A stretch of DNA of 64,000 nt, taken from the NCBI GenBank assembly GCA_035632415.1, contig DASQGW010000012.1, forward strand, positions 6,325-70,324, given 5' to 3'. The notes under the pieces are model-generated. The model was not told the origin of the DNA, ran no database searches, and was given only the letters and a program-made list of their open reading frames with translations. Both the position numbers and the translations under genes were made by a program. This document shows, piece by piece, positions 51,423-63,915 of the stretch (positions are counted from its first letter, which is position 1; the number at the start of each line of letters is the position of its first letter). Source of the DNA: Burkholderiales bacterium. GTDB lineage: Bacteria; Pseudomonadota; Gammaproteobacteria; Burkholderiales; SG8-39.

Positions 51423-52436
51423 TTATTTGACGGCCAACGCCTCGTCGATCAGCTTCTGGCCGTTCGGCACGTCCTTCGCGAACCTGGCATATGCGCTCTT
51501 CTTGGCCACCGCGACCCAGGCGTTGTAATCCGCGTCCGACAGGGTCACCACTTTTACCTTGTGGTCCTCGAACGCCTTGATCGCCTCGGCGTTCACTTGG
51601 TCGGCCTTGCCTTCATAGTAAGCCTCGGCCTTCTTGCCAGCCTTGACGATCACGTCTTGCTGCTGCTTGTTCAGCCGGCTGAAGCTCTTCTTCGACATCA
51701 GCACCGGCTCGTACATGAACCACAAGGCGTTGTTGCCGGGGGCCGTAAGGCAGTCGGTCACCTCATAGAGCCGCGTCGACGCGAAGGTGCCGAGACTCGT
51801 GTCGGTGCCGTTCACAACGCCGGTCTGGAAGGCGTTGTAGATCTCGTTGGATGGCGGGGTGACGATGCTCGCCCCCGCCGCCTCCCACATCGCCGCGAAC
51901 GTCGGCCCGGCGGCGCGGAATTTCATCCCCTGCATGTCGGCGGGCTTGACGATGCACTTCTGCTTGGCCGCCATGCCGCCCGCGAACCATGCGTCCGAGA
52001 GAACGATCACGCCATGCTTCTCGATCTCCGCGCGGATGTCCTTCATGAACTGCGAGGAATTGACGCGCTTCGCCCGCTCCTGGCTGCGGATCAGGCCGGG
52101 CATCAGCGTCGCGCTGAACGTCGGCACCTTGCCGCTCGCGTAGTCGAGCGGAAAGAGCGAGATATCCAGCTGCCCGTCGACCATCGCATTCCATTGCTGG
52201 TTCGGCTTGAAAAGCGAAGCGCCGGGATAGACCTGGATCGTCAGGCCCACGTTGGCCGCCTGCGCCTCCTTGGCGATCATCTGCACCATGTCGTCGCGCA
52301 CATCGCCCTTGCCGCCCGGGAACTGGTGGGAGGCGCGCAGGGTCTGGGCGCCTGCAGAAGTGCTCGCGATCAATGCCGCGAGCGCCAACGAAGCGATCAG
52401 CCGGCGTTTCTCTTTGCCGCGATGAAGCTCGATCAT
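51423..52436 (-). CDS. dctP: TRAP transporter substrate-binding protein (DctP family)
   Basis: The real start MIELHRGKEKRRLIASLALAALIASTSAGA is at ATG 52436 (GAGGAGGG SD upstream); the tracked 446-aa ORF is over-extended. The DctP-type fold sequence follows. Confidence 0.87.
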   Translation of the reverse strand: MIELHRGKEKRRLIASLALAALIASTSAGAQTLRASHQFPGGKGDVRDDMVQMIAKEAQAANVGLTIQVYPGASLFKPNQQWNAMVDGQLDISLFPLDYASGKVPTFSATLMPGLIRSQERAKRVNSSQFMKDIRAEIEKHGVIVLSDAWFAGGMAAKQKCIVKPADMQGMKFRAAGPTFAAMWEAAGASIVTPPSNEIYNAFQTGVVNGTDTSLGTFASTRLYEVTDCLTAPGNNALWFMYEPVLMSKKSFSRLNKQQQDVIVKAGKKAEAYYEGKADQVNAEAIKAFEDHKVKVVTLSDADYNAWVAVAKKSAYARFAKDVPNGQKLIDEALAVK

Positions 52437-52474
52437 TTTTCCCTCCTCGGAATCAAACAGGCCCGTATCGTAAG

Positions 52475-53698
52475 CTATATGACAGCCGCCGAGCGCAGCC
52501 GCGCGACGTCGTCTTGGCTCTTGCCAAGCAGCTCGCGCAGCACCTCCTCGGTATGCTCCCCTAGAAGTGGCGGCGCCGACCGGTACTCGAGCCCGGTATC
52601 CGAGAAACGCATGGGGCTTGCCACCAGAGGCAGGCTTGCGCCAGCGCCGTGCGGCAGTTCCATGCGGATGCCGCGCGCTTTGACCTGCGGTTCTTCGAAT
52701 ACCTGGGCAATATCGTTGATCGGGCCATTCGGCACGCCGGCCGCCTCGAGGAGCTCGAGCCATTCGCGCTTGCTCCGCTTCTTGAACACCTCAGCGAGTA
52801 GCCTCGTCAGCTCGGCGCGGTTCTCCACACGCTTGCCGTTGGTCGCGAAGCGCGGGTCCTGCGCCAGTTCCGCGCACCCGGCGGCGTCGCAAAACTTGCG
52901 GTAGAGATTGTCATTGCCGCAGGCGAGGATCACCTCGCCATCCGAAGCACGGAAAGGCTGGTAAGGAACAATGTTCGGATGCAGGTTGCCGATCCGCTTC
53001 GGCGGTCTTCCAGTCGCGAAGTAGTTCGTGTTCTGATAGGCGAGCAGCGCGATCTGCGAATCGAGCAGCGCGAGATCGAGGTGCTGCCCCTTGCCCGATC
53101 GCTCTCGATGGGCCAGCGCCGCGCAGATGGCGATCGAGGCGTACATGCCGGTGATGATGTCGGCGATCGGCACGCCAGCCCGCTGCGGTCCGCCGCCGGG
53201 CGCGTCGTCCGGCTCGCCGGTCACGCTCATCATCCCGCCCATGCCCTGGATCATGAAGTCGTAGCCCGGGCGCTCGCGATACGGCCCGGTCTGGCCGAAG
53301 CCCGTCACCGAGCAGTAGACGAGCCGGGGATTCACCTTGCGCAGATCGTCGTAGCCGAGCCCGTAGCGCGCCAGATCACCGTACTTGTAGTTCTCCAGCA
53401 GCACATCGCATTTGGCCGCCAGCTCGCGAGCAATCGCCTGGCCTTCGGCGACTGCGATATTCAGCGTCAAGGATTTCTTCCCGCGGTTCGCGGAGCTGAA
53501 ATAGGCCGAGTCCTTCGTCTCGCGCCCCTGGCCATCACGGATCCACGGCGGGCCGAATGCGCGCGAATCGTCCCCGCTGCCGGGACGCTCGATCTTGATC
53601 ACTTCGGCGCCGAGATCGGCCAGGTTCTGGCTTGCCCACGGACCGGCAAGCACGCGAGACAGATCGAGAACCCGAATGTGCGAAAGCGGACCGGCCAC
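52475..53698 (-). CDS. CaiB/BaiF family (class III) CoA-transferase
   Basis: 407-aa ORF with a GTG start and PLSHIRVLDLSRVLAGPWASQNLADLGAEVIKIERP. Lies 38 nt upstream of dctP on the same strand. Confidence 0.88.
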   Translation of the reverse strand: MAGPLSHIRVLDLSRVLAGPWASQNLADLGAEVIKIERPGSGDDSRAFGPPWIRDGQGRETKDSAYFSSANRGKKSLTLNIAVAEGQAIARELAAKCDVLLENYKYGDLARYGLGYDDLRKVNPRLVYCSVTGFGQTGPYRERPGYDFMIQGMGGMMSVTGEPDDAPGGGPQRAGVPIADIITGMYASIAICAALAHRERSGKGQHLDLALLDSQIALLAYQNTNYFATGRPPKRIGNLHPNIVPYQPFRASDGEVILACGNDNLYRKFCDAAGCAELAQDPRFATNGKRVENRAELTRLLAEVFKKRSKREWLELLEAAGVPNGPINDIAQVFEEPQVKARGIRMELPHGAGASLPLVASPMRFSDTGLEYRSAPPLLGEHTEEVLRELLGKSQDDVARLRSAAVI

Positions 53699-53737
53699 GT
53701 CTTGCCTTACCGGGGGAAAGGCCGCAGTTTAGCGCCG

Positions 53738-54019
53738 ATGATCAGGCACATCGTCCTTTGGCGAGTGAAATCCGCCGAGCAGTTCGAAACGATCCGCCGC
53801 TCACTCGAGGCGCAACTCGGCCGCATTCCCGGCTTGTTGCATGTCGAGGTCCGGCGAAGTTTCAATACGGGTCGTCGCGCAGCCGACTTCGCGCTCGTCT
53901 GTGACTTCGAAAGCCGCGAGGCACTCGCCGCGTATCACCACCATCCGGTGCACAGCGAGACGCGCGCCGTCGTCGATCCGCTGATCGCCGAGCACTGGAT
54001 CGCGGATTACGAGGTCTAA
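53738..54019 (+). CDS. Dabb (stress-responsive alpha/beta barrel) domain protein
   Basis: Only the last 93 aa of the tracked ORF 52979..54019 are real: MIRHIVLWRVKSAEQFETIRRSLEAQLGRIPGLLHVEVRRS...REALAAYHHHPVH. Confidence 0.8.
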   Translation: MIRHIVLWRVKSAEQFETIRRSLEAQLGRIPGLLHVEVRRSFNTGRRAADFALVCDFESREALAAYHHHPVHSETRAVVDPLIAEHWIADYEV

Positions 54020-54811
54020 TTACCAGACGCCCGCGAGCATGCGCAGGGCGAAGACGTAGAGAAGCAGCGCGAACAGCCGGCGCAGCAGCTTGATGGGTAG
54101 GCGATGCGCTACGCGCGCACCGAGCGGTGCGGCCAGCATGCTGGTCAGCACGACGAGCGCCAGCGCCGGAAGATAGACATAACCGAGGCTCGGGTTCGGC
54201 AAATCGGCCACCCGCAATCCCTGGATCAGGTAACCCGCGGTCCCCGCGATCGCGATCGGCAGGCCGTTCGCAGCTGCGGTGCCGATCGCGCGCCGCAACG
54301 GCACCTTGCACCACGAGAGAAACGGGATCGTCATGAAAGCGCCGCCCGCTGCGAGCAGGCTGGAGATCGCGCCGATGACGGCGCCCGCCGTGAAGAGGCC
54401 GGCGGAGCCCGGAAGTTCGCGGCTACCCGGCGGCTTGAGATCCAGCAGGATCTGCGTCGCGGCGTAGAACACAAGCAAGGTGAAGCCCAGGGCCAGTGGA
54501 CGCGTTGGAATGAAGCCGGCTACGAGCGCGGCCGCGAAGGAACCGGCCAGCATGCCAGGCGCCATCGCACGCGCGATCTTCCAGTCGACCCCGCCGTGCG
54601 CGTGATGGGCCCGCATGCTCGACACCGAAGTGAACATCATGGCGGCTAGGGCCGTGCCGAGGGCGAGATGAAGCACATGCTCCGCCGGCATCTCGTGCGC
54701 GCGGAAGACCAGCACGAGCAGCGGCACCATCACCACGCCGCCGCCGATTCCAAGCAACCCGGCCGCGAAACCGACCAGCAATCCGATCCCGAGATAAGCC
54801 GCCCACTCCAT
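54020..54811 (-). CDS. sulfite exporter TauE/SafE (TSUP) family membrane protein
   Basis: 263-aa ORF starting MEWAAYLGIGLLVGFAAGLLGIGGGVVMVPLLV, with an internal repeat of the same motif. Confidence 0.88.
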   Translation of the reverse strand: MEWAAYLGIGLLVGFAAGLLGIGGGVVMVPLLVLVFRAHEMPAEHVLHLALGTALAAMMFTSVSSMRAHHAHGGVDWKIARAMAPGMLAGSFAAALVAGFIPTRPLALGFTLLVFYAATQILLDLKPPGSRELPGSAGLFTAGAVIGAISSLLAAGGAFMTIPFLSWCKVPLRRAIGTAAANGLPIAIAGTAGYLIQGLRVADLPNPSLGYVYLPALALVVLTSMLAAPLGARVAHRLPIKLLRRLFALLLYVFALRMLAGVW

Positions 54812-55584
54812 CAGCGCAGCAGGTGCTCGACCAGCTCCGCAAAGCCGGCGCCATGGGAAGCAGTCGTAATGTACTGCGGCTCCGCATCGATTCGGCCCGC
54901 GAATCGGCGCACATTCGCCACGCCCACCGACTTGGGAAAGAACGCAAACATCGACGCATCGTTCGGCGAGTCGCCGATGTAAACCGCCGCCTCGCGTTCT
55001 CGATCGGCGTCCAGGCCGAAGCGCCCGCCAAGCAGATCGCGTACCGTGGCGAGCTTGTCGTAGTCGCCAAACCAGCCATGCACGTGGATGGAGCTCAGCG
55101 CGACGCGCAGGCCTTCGCGCCGCATGAGCTCCGCGATATGCTCGGCCGCCGCCAAAGGCAGCGGCGGGACTTCCTCCGCATAGTCGATGGCGAGATCGGT
55201 TTCGCGGTAGCGGAGGTCGGAAGCGACGGCACAGCCCGGCACGGCAGGGACAATCGCGCGGGCAATGGCGGCGAGGCGCTCGCGGTTGCGCGCGCGGGTC
55301 GTTGCTTCCTCGCGGTACTCCCGGTGGACCGTTCCGCCGCCGGACCAGTAATAGAACCCGCCGTTTTCGCCGACGACCGCGTCGAGCGGCCAGAGGCGCG
55401 CCACGTACTCGCAGAAACCGGCGGCACGGCCGGTGACGGCGATGGCGCGCCGGCCGGAACGCTGCAGCGCTTCGAGCGCCGCATACGCCTGCGCCGTCAG
55501 TTTGCCGGCAGTGGTCAGCGTGTCGTCGATGTCCAGCAGCACTACGCGCACGTCGCGGCGGTCGAGCTCAGCGAGCGGCTTCAA
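54811..55584 (-). CDS. HAD-IIB family hydrolase (sugar-phosphate phosphatase-like)
   Basis: The real start is TTG 55584 (MKPLAELDRRDVRVVLLDIDDTLT, HAD motif I), overlapping the glpD TGA as TTGA. The tracked 366-aa ORF extension lies inside glpD. Motif IV is GDSPNDASMF. Confidence 0.8.
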   Translation of the reverse strand: MKPLAELDRRDVRVVLLDIDDTLTTAGKLTAQAYAALEALQRSGRRAIAVTGRAAGFCEYVARLWPLDAVVGENGGFYYWSGGGTVHREYREEATTRARNRERLAAIARAIVPAVPGCAVASDLRYRETDLAIDYAEEVPPLPLAAAEHIAELMRREGLRVALSSIHVHGWFGDYDKLATVRDLLGGRFGLDADREREAAVYIGDSPNDASMFAFFPKSVGVANVRRFAGRIDAEPQYITTASHGAGFAELVEHLLR

Positions 55585-57047
55585 TGTCCGAGGACCTGCG
55601 CGACGCGCGCGCGCTGCGCCTCGCTCATGTGCAAGCCGCACTTCGTGCGGCGCCACAATACGTCGTCCGCCGTACGAGCCCATTCCTGATCGGCGAAATA
55701 CCGCAGCTCGCGCTCGGTGAGACCCGCGCCGTAGTCTTCGCCCAGCCGCCCATCGCCAAGCACTTGATCGGCGCGCGTGCCATGGCGCCGAAACAGCGCG
55801 CGCAAGGTCGGAGTCGGAATCTGCGGGTGGCGCGCAAAAAACGCATCGCGCAAGGCGACGCGAGACTGGGGGCCGAAATCGCTCCCGGGAAGCGGTGCCT
55901 CGTGCGTCCACGGCCGCTTGAGGTTCGGGAAGTAGGGTTTCAGGCGGTCCAGCACATGCTCGGCAAGATGCCGATAGGTGGTGATCTTGCCGCCGAATAC
56001 GGAAAGCACCGGCGTTGCGCCCGCATCATCGTCCACGCGAAGCGTGTAGTCGCGCGTTACGGCCGAAGGATCGCCCTGGCCGTCGTCATAAAGTGGGCGC
56101 ACGCCGGCGTAACGCCACAGGACATCATGGGGTGTCACGGGCTTCGCGAGATAGCGGTTCACCGCGCGGCAGAGGTAATCGGTTTCCGCGAAGCTCGGCT
56201 GCGCGGATTCGGACTCGTGCTGCGGCACATCCGTCGTGCCCACCAGGGTGTGGAAATCGCCGTATGGAATCATGAAGACGACGCGGCGGTCGTCGTTCTG
56301 CAGGATAAAGGCATGGTCGCCTTGGTAGAGCTGCGGCAGCAGGATGTGGCTGCCGCGCACGAGGCGCACGAGGTCGCGCGAGGGCTGGCCAAGCCGCTCG
56401 TTCAGCACGTGCTTCACCCACGGACCCGCGGCATTCACGATCGCCTTCGCCTGGATCTCCTCGCCGTTGGAAAGGCGCACGCGCCAGACATCGCGCTCGC
56501 GCTTTGCCGACAGGCATTCGGTGCCCGTCAGTACGCGGGCGCTGCGGATGCGGGCATCCAGTGCGTTCGCCACCACGAGGCGCGCGTCGTCCACCCGGCA
56601 ATCGGAATAAATGAAGCCGTGCTTGAACTGCGGCTTCAGGCCCGACGAATAAGGCGGTGAATCGAGGCGCACCGCGTGCGAGCCGGGGAGGAGCGAGCGT
56701 CGAGCGAGATGGTCGTAGAGGAAGAGGCCGATCCGTATCATCCAGCGCGGCCGCAGCTCGGGAACGTGCGGCATGATGAATCGCGCCGGCCATACGAGAT
56801 GTCCGGCCGTACGCAGAAGAATTTCGCGCTCGGCGAGCGCCTCGTGCACCAGCTTGAACTCGTAGTGCTCGAGGTAGCGCAGGCCGCCGTGGATCAGCTT
56901 CGAGGAGGACGAGGAGGTCGCGCCCGCAAGGTCGCCACGCTCTACGAGAATGGTCGAGAGCCCGCGGCCGGCCGCGTCGCGAGCGATGCCGGTGCCGTTG
57001 ATGCCGCCGCCGATGACGAGCAGGTCGTAGACCACCCCGCGGGGCAC
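55581..57047 (-). CDS. glpD: FAD-dependent glycerol-3-phosphate dehydrogenase
   Basis: 488-aa ORF with a GTG start and YDLLVIGGGINGTGIARDAAGRGL...SSSSSKLIHGGLRYLEHYEF. Confidence 0.92.
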   Translation of the reverse strand: MPRGVVYDLLVIGGGINGTGIARDAAGRGLSTILVERGDLAGATSSSSSKLIHGGLRYLEHYEFKLVHEALAEREILLRTAGHLVWPARFIMPHVPELRPRWMIRIGLFLYDHLARRSLLPGSHAVRLDSPPYSSGLKPQFKHGFIYSDCRVDDARLVVANALDARIRSARVLTGTECLSAKRERDVWRVRLSNGEEIQAKAIVNAAGPWVKHVLNERLGQPSRDLVRLVRGSHILLPQLYQGDHAFILQNDDRRVVFMIPYGDFHTLVGTTDVPQHESESAQPSFAETDYLCRAVNRYLAKPVTPHDVLWRYAGVRPLYDDGQGDPSAVTRDYTLRVDDDAGATPVLSVFGGKITTYRHLAEHVLDRLKPYFPNLKRPWTHEAPLPGSDFGPQSRVALRDAFFARHPQIPTPTLRALFRRHGTRADQVLGDGRLGEDYGAGLTERELRYFADQEWARTADDVLWRRTKCGLHMSEAQRARVAQVLGH

Positions 57048-57086
57048 TATAGCCGATAGCGCCCGCGTAGAGGACGACGTGCCCGA

Positions 57087-57290
57087 TTAGGTGTTGCTGC
57101 TCGCCTTCTTCAGCTGATCGAGCTTGAGGACCTTGACCTGTATTTCGGGATGCGCCTTGCTCTGGCGATCCTGCTCCCGCTCGCGCTCCTTCGCCTGCAG
57201 CTGCTGGCGCCGGATCTTCTCAAACGTCTTCTTTACGTCCGTATCGAAGCTCGGACGGTAGTGGAAGTCGGAATCGAGAATGTGTTTCAT
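57087..57290 (-). CDS. hypothetical small charged protein (67 aa)
   Basis: MKHILDSDFHYRPSFDTDVKKTFEKIRRQQLQAKEREREQDRQSKAHPEIQVKVLKLDQLKKASSNT. AGGAG lies 6 nt before ATG 57290 and GC3 is high. The tracked ORF start at 57341 is less likely. Confidence 0.55.
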   Translation of the reverse strand: MKHILDSDFHYRPSFDTDVKKTFEKIRRQQLQAKEREREQDRQSKAHPEIQVKVLKLDQLKKASSNT

Positions 57291-57442
57291 GCGATCTCCT
57301 GCTGGGGTCGCATGATTGTTCCAAACACTGGCCCGAGGCATTGCGACTGCGCCGTGGTCCCGGCGGACTATTGCGGCCAGGCGGCAGGAAAAATTTCCGA
57401 GTCGCCGGGCTGCGACACGCGCAGCTAAGCCGCTGTGACGCC

Positions 57443-57865
57443 TTACTTTTTGCGCAGCCTGCGGATGGCGGCGAGCTGCGCGGCGAGCATTGCCAGCTCG
57501 CCTTCGACGGTTGCGATTTCCTGCTTGTCGGTCGCCGTGCGGCGCGCTTCCTCGGCGCGCCTCAGCGCTTCGGCTGCCTTGGCCTCGTCCAGATCGGCGC
57601 CCCGGATTGCCGTGTCGGCGAGCACGGTGATGAGCTTCGGCTGCACTTCGAGAATGCCGCCTGCCACGAAGATGAGCTGCTCCTGCCCGCCCCCCGCCGG
57701 CGTGATGCGCACGGCGCCGGGCTTGACGCGCGTGATGAGCGGCGTATGGCGCGGGTAAATGCCAAGCTCGCCCGCCTCGCCGGGAAGCACGACGAACTCC
57801 GCTTCGCCCGAGAAGATCGCCTCCTCGGCGCTCACTACGTCGATGTGGATGGTGGCCGCAGCCAT
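57443..57865 (-). CDS. atpC: F0F1 ATP synthase subunit epsilon
   Basis: 140-aa ORF. Last gene of the atp operon, with a typical epsilon N-terminal beta-sandwich sequence. Confidence 0.92.
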   Translation of the reverse strand: MAAATIHIDVVSAEEAIFSGEAEFVVLPGEAGELGIYPRHTPLITRVKPGAVRITPAGGGQEQLIFVAGGILEVQPKLITVLADTAIRGADLDEAKAAEALRRAEEARRTATDKQEIATVEGELAMLAAQLAAIRRLRKK

Positions 57866-57876
57866 GGGCGTCTATC

Positions 57877-59313
<1,437 letters not shown>

Positions 59314-60177
59314 TCAGACGGCCGCTGCGCCGCCCACGATTTCTGAAAGCTCTTTGGTGATGTTCGCCTGCCGGTTCTTGTTGTAGATGAGCGTGAGCTC
59401 GTCGATCAGGGTCGCGGCGTTGTCCGAGGCGGCTTTCATCGCCACCATGCGCGCCGACTGCTCGGAGGCGATGTTCTCGGACACGGCCTGATAAATCAGC
59501 GCCTCGATATATCGGGTCATCACCTGGTCAAGCACCGCACGCGCCTCGGGCTCGTAGATGTAGTCCCACACGGTTTCCGGGGCGCCGAGGCGCTCGCCGG
59601 AGAGCGGCAGCAATTGCTCGATCACTGGCTCCTGCTTCATCGTATTGATGAAGCGTGTGTAGGCGAGCATCAACCGGTCGAACCGGTCCGAGCCGTAGCC
59701 ATCCAGCATCACCTTCACAGCGCCGATCAGCTTCTCCATCTGCGGACGGTCGCCGAGCTGCACGACGTGCGAAACGATGTTGGCACCGAGCCGCTGCATG
59801 AAACCCAAGCCCTTGTTGCCGATCGCGCAAACATCGATTTCCTCGCCCTGCCCCTGCCATTCCTTGTATTGCGCGAGCACCGCGCGCAGCAGGTTGGTGT
59901 TGAGCGCGCCGCAAAGACCCTTGTCGGTGGTGATGACGATGATGCCGACGCGCTTCACCGTGTCGCGGTCCACCAGGAACGGATGCCGGTACTCCGGATT
60001 GGCATGCGATATGTGCGCCGCCACGTTGCGGATCTTCTCGCCGTAGGGGCGCGCGTGGCGCATGCGTTCCTGCGCCTTGCGCATCTTCGAGGCGGAGACC
60101 ATCTCCATGGCCTTGGTGATTTTCCGGGTGTTCTGCACACTCCGGATTTTCAGCCTGATTTCTTTGGTGCCGGGCAT
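59314..60177 (-). CDS. atpG: F0F1 ATP synthase subunit gamma
   Basis: 287-aa ORF starting [36 protein letters not shown]. Confidence 0.95.
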   Translation of the reverse strand: MPGTKEIRLKIRSVQNTRKITKAMEMVSASKMRKAQERMRHARPYGEKIRNVAAHISHANPEYRHPFLVDRDTVKRVGIIVITTDKGLCGALNTNLLRAVLAQYKEWQGQGEEIDVCAIGNKGLGFMQRLGANIVSHVVQLGDRPQMEKLIGAVKVMLDGYGSDRFDRLMLAYTRFINTMKQEPVIEQLLPLSGERLGAPETVWDYIYEPEARAVLDQVMTRYIEALIYQAVSENIASEQSARMVAMKAASDNAATLIDELTLIYNKNRQANITKELSEIVGGAAAV

Positions 60178-60180
60178 CTG

Positions 60181-61728
60181 CTAGAACGATCCGTTCTTCT
60201 TCCAGTCCTCGATGGCAGCCTTCAGCGCTTTCTCGTCGTCCGCGGAGAGATCCTTCTTGTCCTCCATTGTCTTCACGAGCGAGGCGTACTTGCTCTTGAC
60301 GTAGTCGCGCATCGAGCGTTCCGCGCCGAGCGCCTTCTTCACCTCGATCGCGTCGAAGAAGCCGTTGTTCACCGCGAAGAGCGTGAGCGCCATCTCCCAC
60401 ACCTGCAGCGGCTGGTACTGCGGCTGCTTCATGAGCTCGGTCACCATGCGGCCGCGCTCGAGCTGCTTGCGCGTGGCCTCGTCCAGATCGCTCGCGAACT
60501 GCGCGAACGCCGCGAGCTCGCGGTACTGCGCGAGCGCGAGGCGCACGCCGCCGCCGGTGTCCCGCCGCTTCATGATCTTGGTCTGTGCCGCGCCGCCGAC
60601 GCGCGATACTGAGATACCGGCGTTGATGGCCGGACGGATGCCTGCGTTGAAGAGATCGGTCTCGAGGAAAATCTGGCCGTCGGTGATCGAGATCACGTTG
60701 GTCGGCACGAACGCCGTGACGTCGCCGGCCTGCGTCTCGATGACGGGCAGCGCTGTGAGCGACCCGGTCTTGCCTTTGACCGCGCCTTTGGTGAACTTCT
60801 CGACGTAGGCCGGATTGACCCGCGCGGCGCGCTCGAGCAGGCGCGAGTGCAGGTAGAACACGTCGCCGGGATAGGCCTCGCGCCCCGGCGGACGGCGCAG
60901 GAGCAACGACACCTGGCGATAGGCCCAAGCCTGCTTGGTCAGGTCGTCATAGATGATGAGCGCATCCTGGCCGCGGTCACGGAAGTACTCGCCCATCGTG
61001 CAGCCGGAGTAGGGCGCGATGTACTGCATCGCCGCCGATTCCGACGCCGTGGCTGCCACCACGATGGTGTAGGCCATCGCGCCGTGTTCTTCCAGCTTAC
61101 GCACGACGTTGGCGATCGTCGAGGCCTTCTGACCGACCGCGACGTAGACACAGAACAGGTCCTTGCCCTTCTGGTTGATGATGGTGTCGACCGCGACCGC
61201 GGTCTTACCGGTCTGGCGGTCGCCAATGATCAGCTCGCGCTGTCCGCGGCCGACCGGCACCATCGCGTCGATCGCCTTGAGCCCGGTCTGCACCGGCTGC
61301 GACACCGATTGCCGCGCGATCACGCCCGGCGCGACCTTCTCGATGACGTCGGTCATCTTGGCGTTGATCGGGCCCTTGCCGTCGATCGGCTGGCCGAGTG
61401 AATTGACCACGCGACCAAGGAGCTCCGGGCCGATCGGCACCGAGAGAATCTTGCCGGTGGTTTTCACCGTGTCGCCCTCGGTGATATGCGTGTATTCGCC
61501 GAGAATCACCGCGCCGACCGAGTCGCGCTCGAGGTTGAGGGCGAGGCCGAACGTGTTCTGCGGGAATTCCAGCATCTCGCCCTGCATGGCGTCGGACAGA
61601 CCGTGGATGCGGCAGATGCCGTCGGTCACCGAGACCACAGTGCCTTGCGTGCGCATCTGCGCGCCAGCATCGAGGTTCTGGATGCGGCTCTTGATGAGTT
61701 CCGAGATTTCGGACGGATTGAGTTGCAT
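60181..61728 (-). CDS. atpA: F0F1 ATP synthase subunit alpha
   Basis: 515-aa ORF with GDRQTGKT Walker A. Confidence 0.97.
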   Translation of the reverse strand: MQLNPSEISELIKSRIQNLDAGAQMRTQGTVVSVTDGICRIHGLSDAMQGEMLEFPQNTFGLALNLERDSVGAVILGEYTHITEGDTVKTTGKILSVPIGPELLGRVVNSLGQPIDGKGPINAKMTDVIEKVAPGVIARQSVSQPVQTGLKAIDAMVPVGRGQRELIIGDRQTGKTAVAVDTIINQKGKDLFCVYVAVGQKASTIANVVRKLEEHGAMAYTIVVAATASESAAMQYIAPYSGCTMGEYFRDRGQDALIIYDDLTKQAWAYRQVSLLLRRPPGREAYPGDVFYLHSRLLERAARVNPAYVEKFTKGAVKGKTGSLTALPVIETQAGDVTAFVPTNVISITDGQIFLETDLFNAGIRPAINAGISVSRVGGAAQTKIMKRRDTGGGVRLALAQYRELAAFAQFASDLDEATRKQLERGRMVTELMKQPQYQPLQVWEMALTLFAVNNGFFDAIEVKKALGAERSMRDYVKSKYASLVKTMEDKKDLSADDEKALKAAIEDWKKNGSF

Positions 61729-61738
61729 GGACTGCTCC

Positions 61739-62275
61739 TTAAGCTTTCAGTGCGGTCTCGAGCGCGGCGAGCTGCGCGCGCGCGGAACCGTCTATGACCT
61801 TGTCGCCGAGCACGATCTTGACGCCACCAATGAGCTCGCGATCGACCGACACATGGGGCCGCACCCTGCGGCCGGTTTTCTTCTCCAGCCGCTGCACGAG
61901 GTCCTTGAGCTGCACCTCGCTCAGTTCGAAGGCCGACTGCACTTCGGCTTCGATCACGCCTTCGCGCTCGTTCTTCAGCACCTCGAACTGCTGGCGGACC
62001 TCCGGCAGCAGCGACAACCGGTCGTTGCGCGCCAGCACGCGGACGAAGTTCTCGGCCTCGCCGGAGAGCTTGCCGGAGAGGATCGAGATGAAAACGCCAG
62101 CCACCTTTGCATCGGACAGGTTGGGGTCGGCGATCGCCATGCGCACCCGCTCGTTCTCGGCGACCTGCGCGAGCGCAGCGAGCATCTCCGACCACTTGGC
62201 AAGGGCCCCCGCCTCGTCGGCGAGCTTGAACGCGGCCTCGGCGTAGGGACGGGCGACGGTGCTTGGCTCGGCCAT
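61739..62275 (-). CDS. atpH: F0F1 ATP synthase subunit delta
   Basis: 178-aa ORF (OSCP family), placed between atpF and atpA. Confidence 0.9.
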   Translation of the reverse strand: MAEPSTVARPYAEAAFKLADEAGALAKWSEMLAALAQVAENERVRMAIADPNLSDAKVAGVFISILSGKLSGEAENFVRVLARNDRLSLLPEVRQQFEVLKNEREGVIEAEVQSAFELSEVQLKDLVQRLEKKTGRRVRPHVSVDRELIGGVKIVLGDKVIDGSARAQLAALETALKA

Positions 62276-62745
62276 TAGAGCTGTCGCTTGATCGACTCGA
62301 GGAGATCGCCGTGCGCCTTGACGTCGACCTCACGGCGCAGGATCTTCTCCGCGCCCGCTACAGCGAGCGAGGCGACGCGATCGCGCAGCTGCTCGCGAGC
62401 GCGCGTCACTTCCTGCTCGATCTCGGCCTTGGCTGCCGCCTTCTCGCGGCCACCTTCTTCCTTGGCTGCGGTCTTCGCCTCCTCGATCATCTGCGTTCCG
62501 CGCTTTTCCGCCTGGGAGATGATCTCCGCGGCACGATCGCGCGCGCGCTTAATCTCCTCGTCGGCCTGACGCGTCGAAGTTTCCAGCGACTTGCGGCCTT
62601 GCTCACCTGCAGCGAGGCCATCGGCGATGGTCTTCTGCCGCGCGTCGATCTTCTCCTGCATCATCGGCCAGACCCACTTGACCGTCACCCAAATGAACAA
62701 TGCAAAGACCGCCGCCTGAGCGAAGAGTGTCGCGTTTAGATTCAT
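62275..62745 (-). CDS. atpF: F0F1 ATP synthase subunit b
   Basis: 156-aa ORF with an N-terminal TM helix followed by a long charged helix. Confidence 0.9.
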   Translation of the reverse strand: MNLNATLFAQAAVFALFIWVTVKWVWPMMQEKIDARQKTIADGLAAGEQGRKSLETSTRQADEEIKRARDRAAEIISQAEKRGTQMIEEAKTAAKEEGGREKAAAKAEIEQEVTRAREQLRDRVASLAVAGAEKILRREVDVKAHGDLLESIKRQL

Positions 62746-62766
62746 AGCGGCCTCTCTATTGCCGCG

Positions 62767-63904
<1,138 letters not shown>

Positions 63905-63915
63905 CTATTCGGATC

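Noticed and set aside
50940-52904. 654-aa ORF on the plus strand
   Set aside because: It runs antisense across dctQ, dctP and the end of the CoA-transferase gene. It is Arg-rich, and crossing three well-supported genes makes it an artefact.
57375-57410. Possible atp operon terminator downstream of atpC
   Set aside because: There is only a 5-bp stem (GTCGC/GCGAC), with the T-run displaced by 7 nt. That is too weak to call as a feature.
57150-57428. 92-aa plus-strand ORF opposite the 67-aa gene
   Set aside because: It has no SD and Leu/Arg-rich shadow composition. The minus-strand ORF has the better RBS and codon bias.
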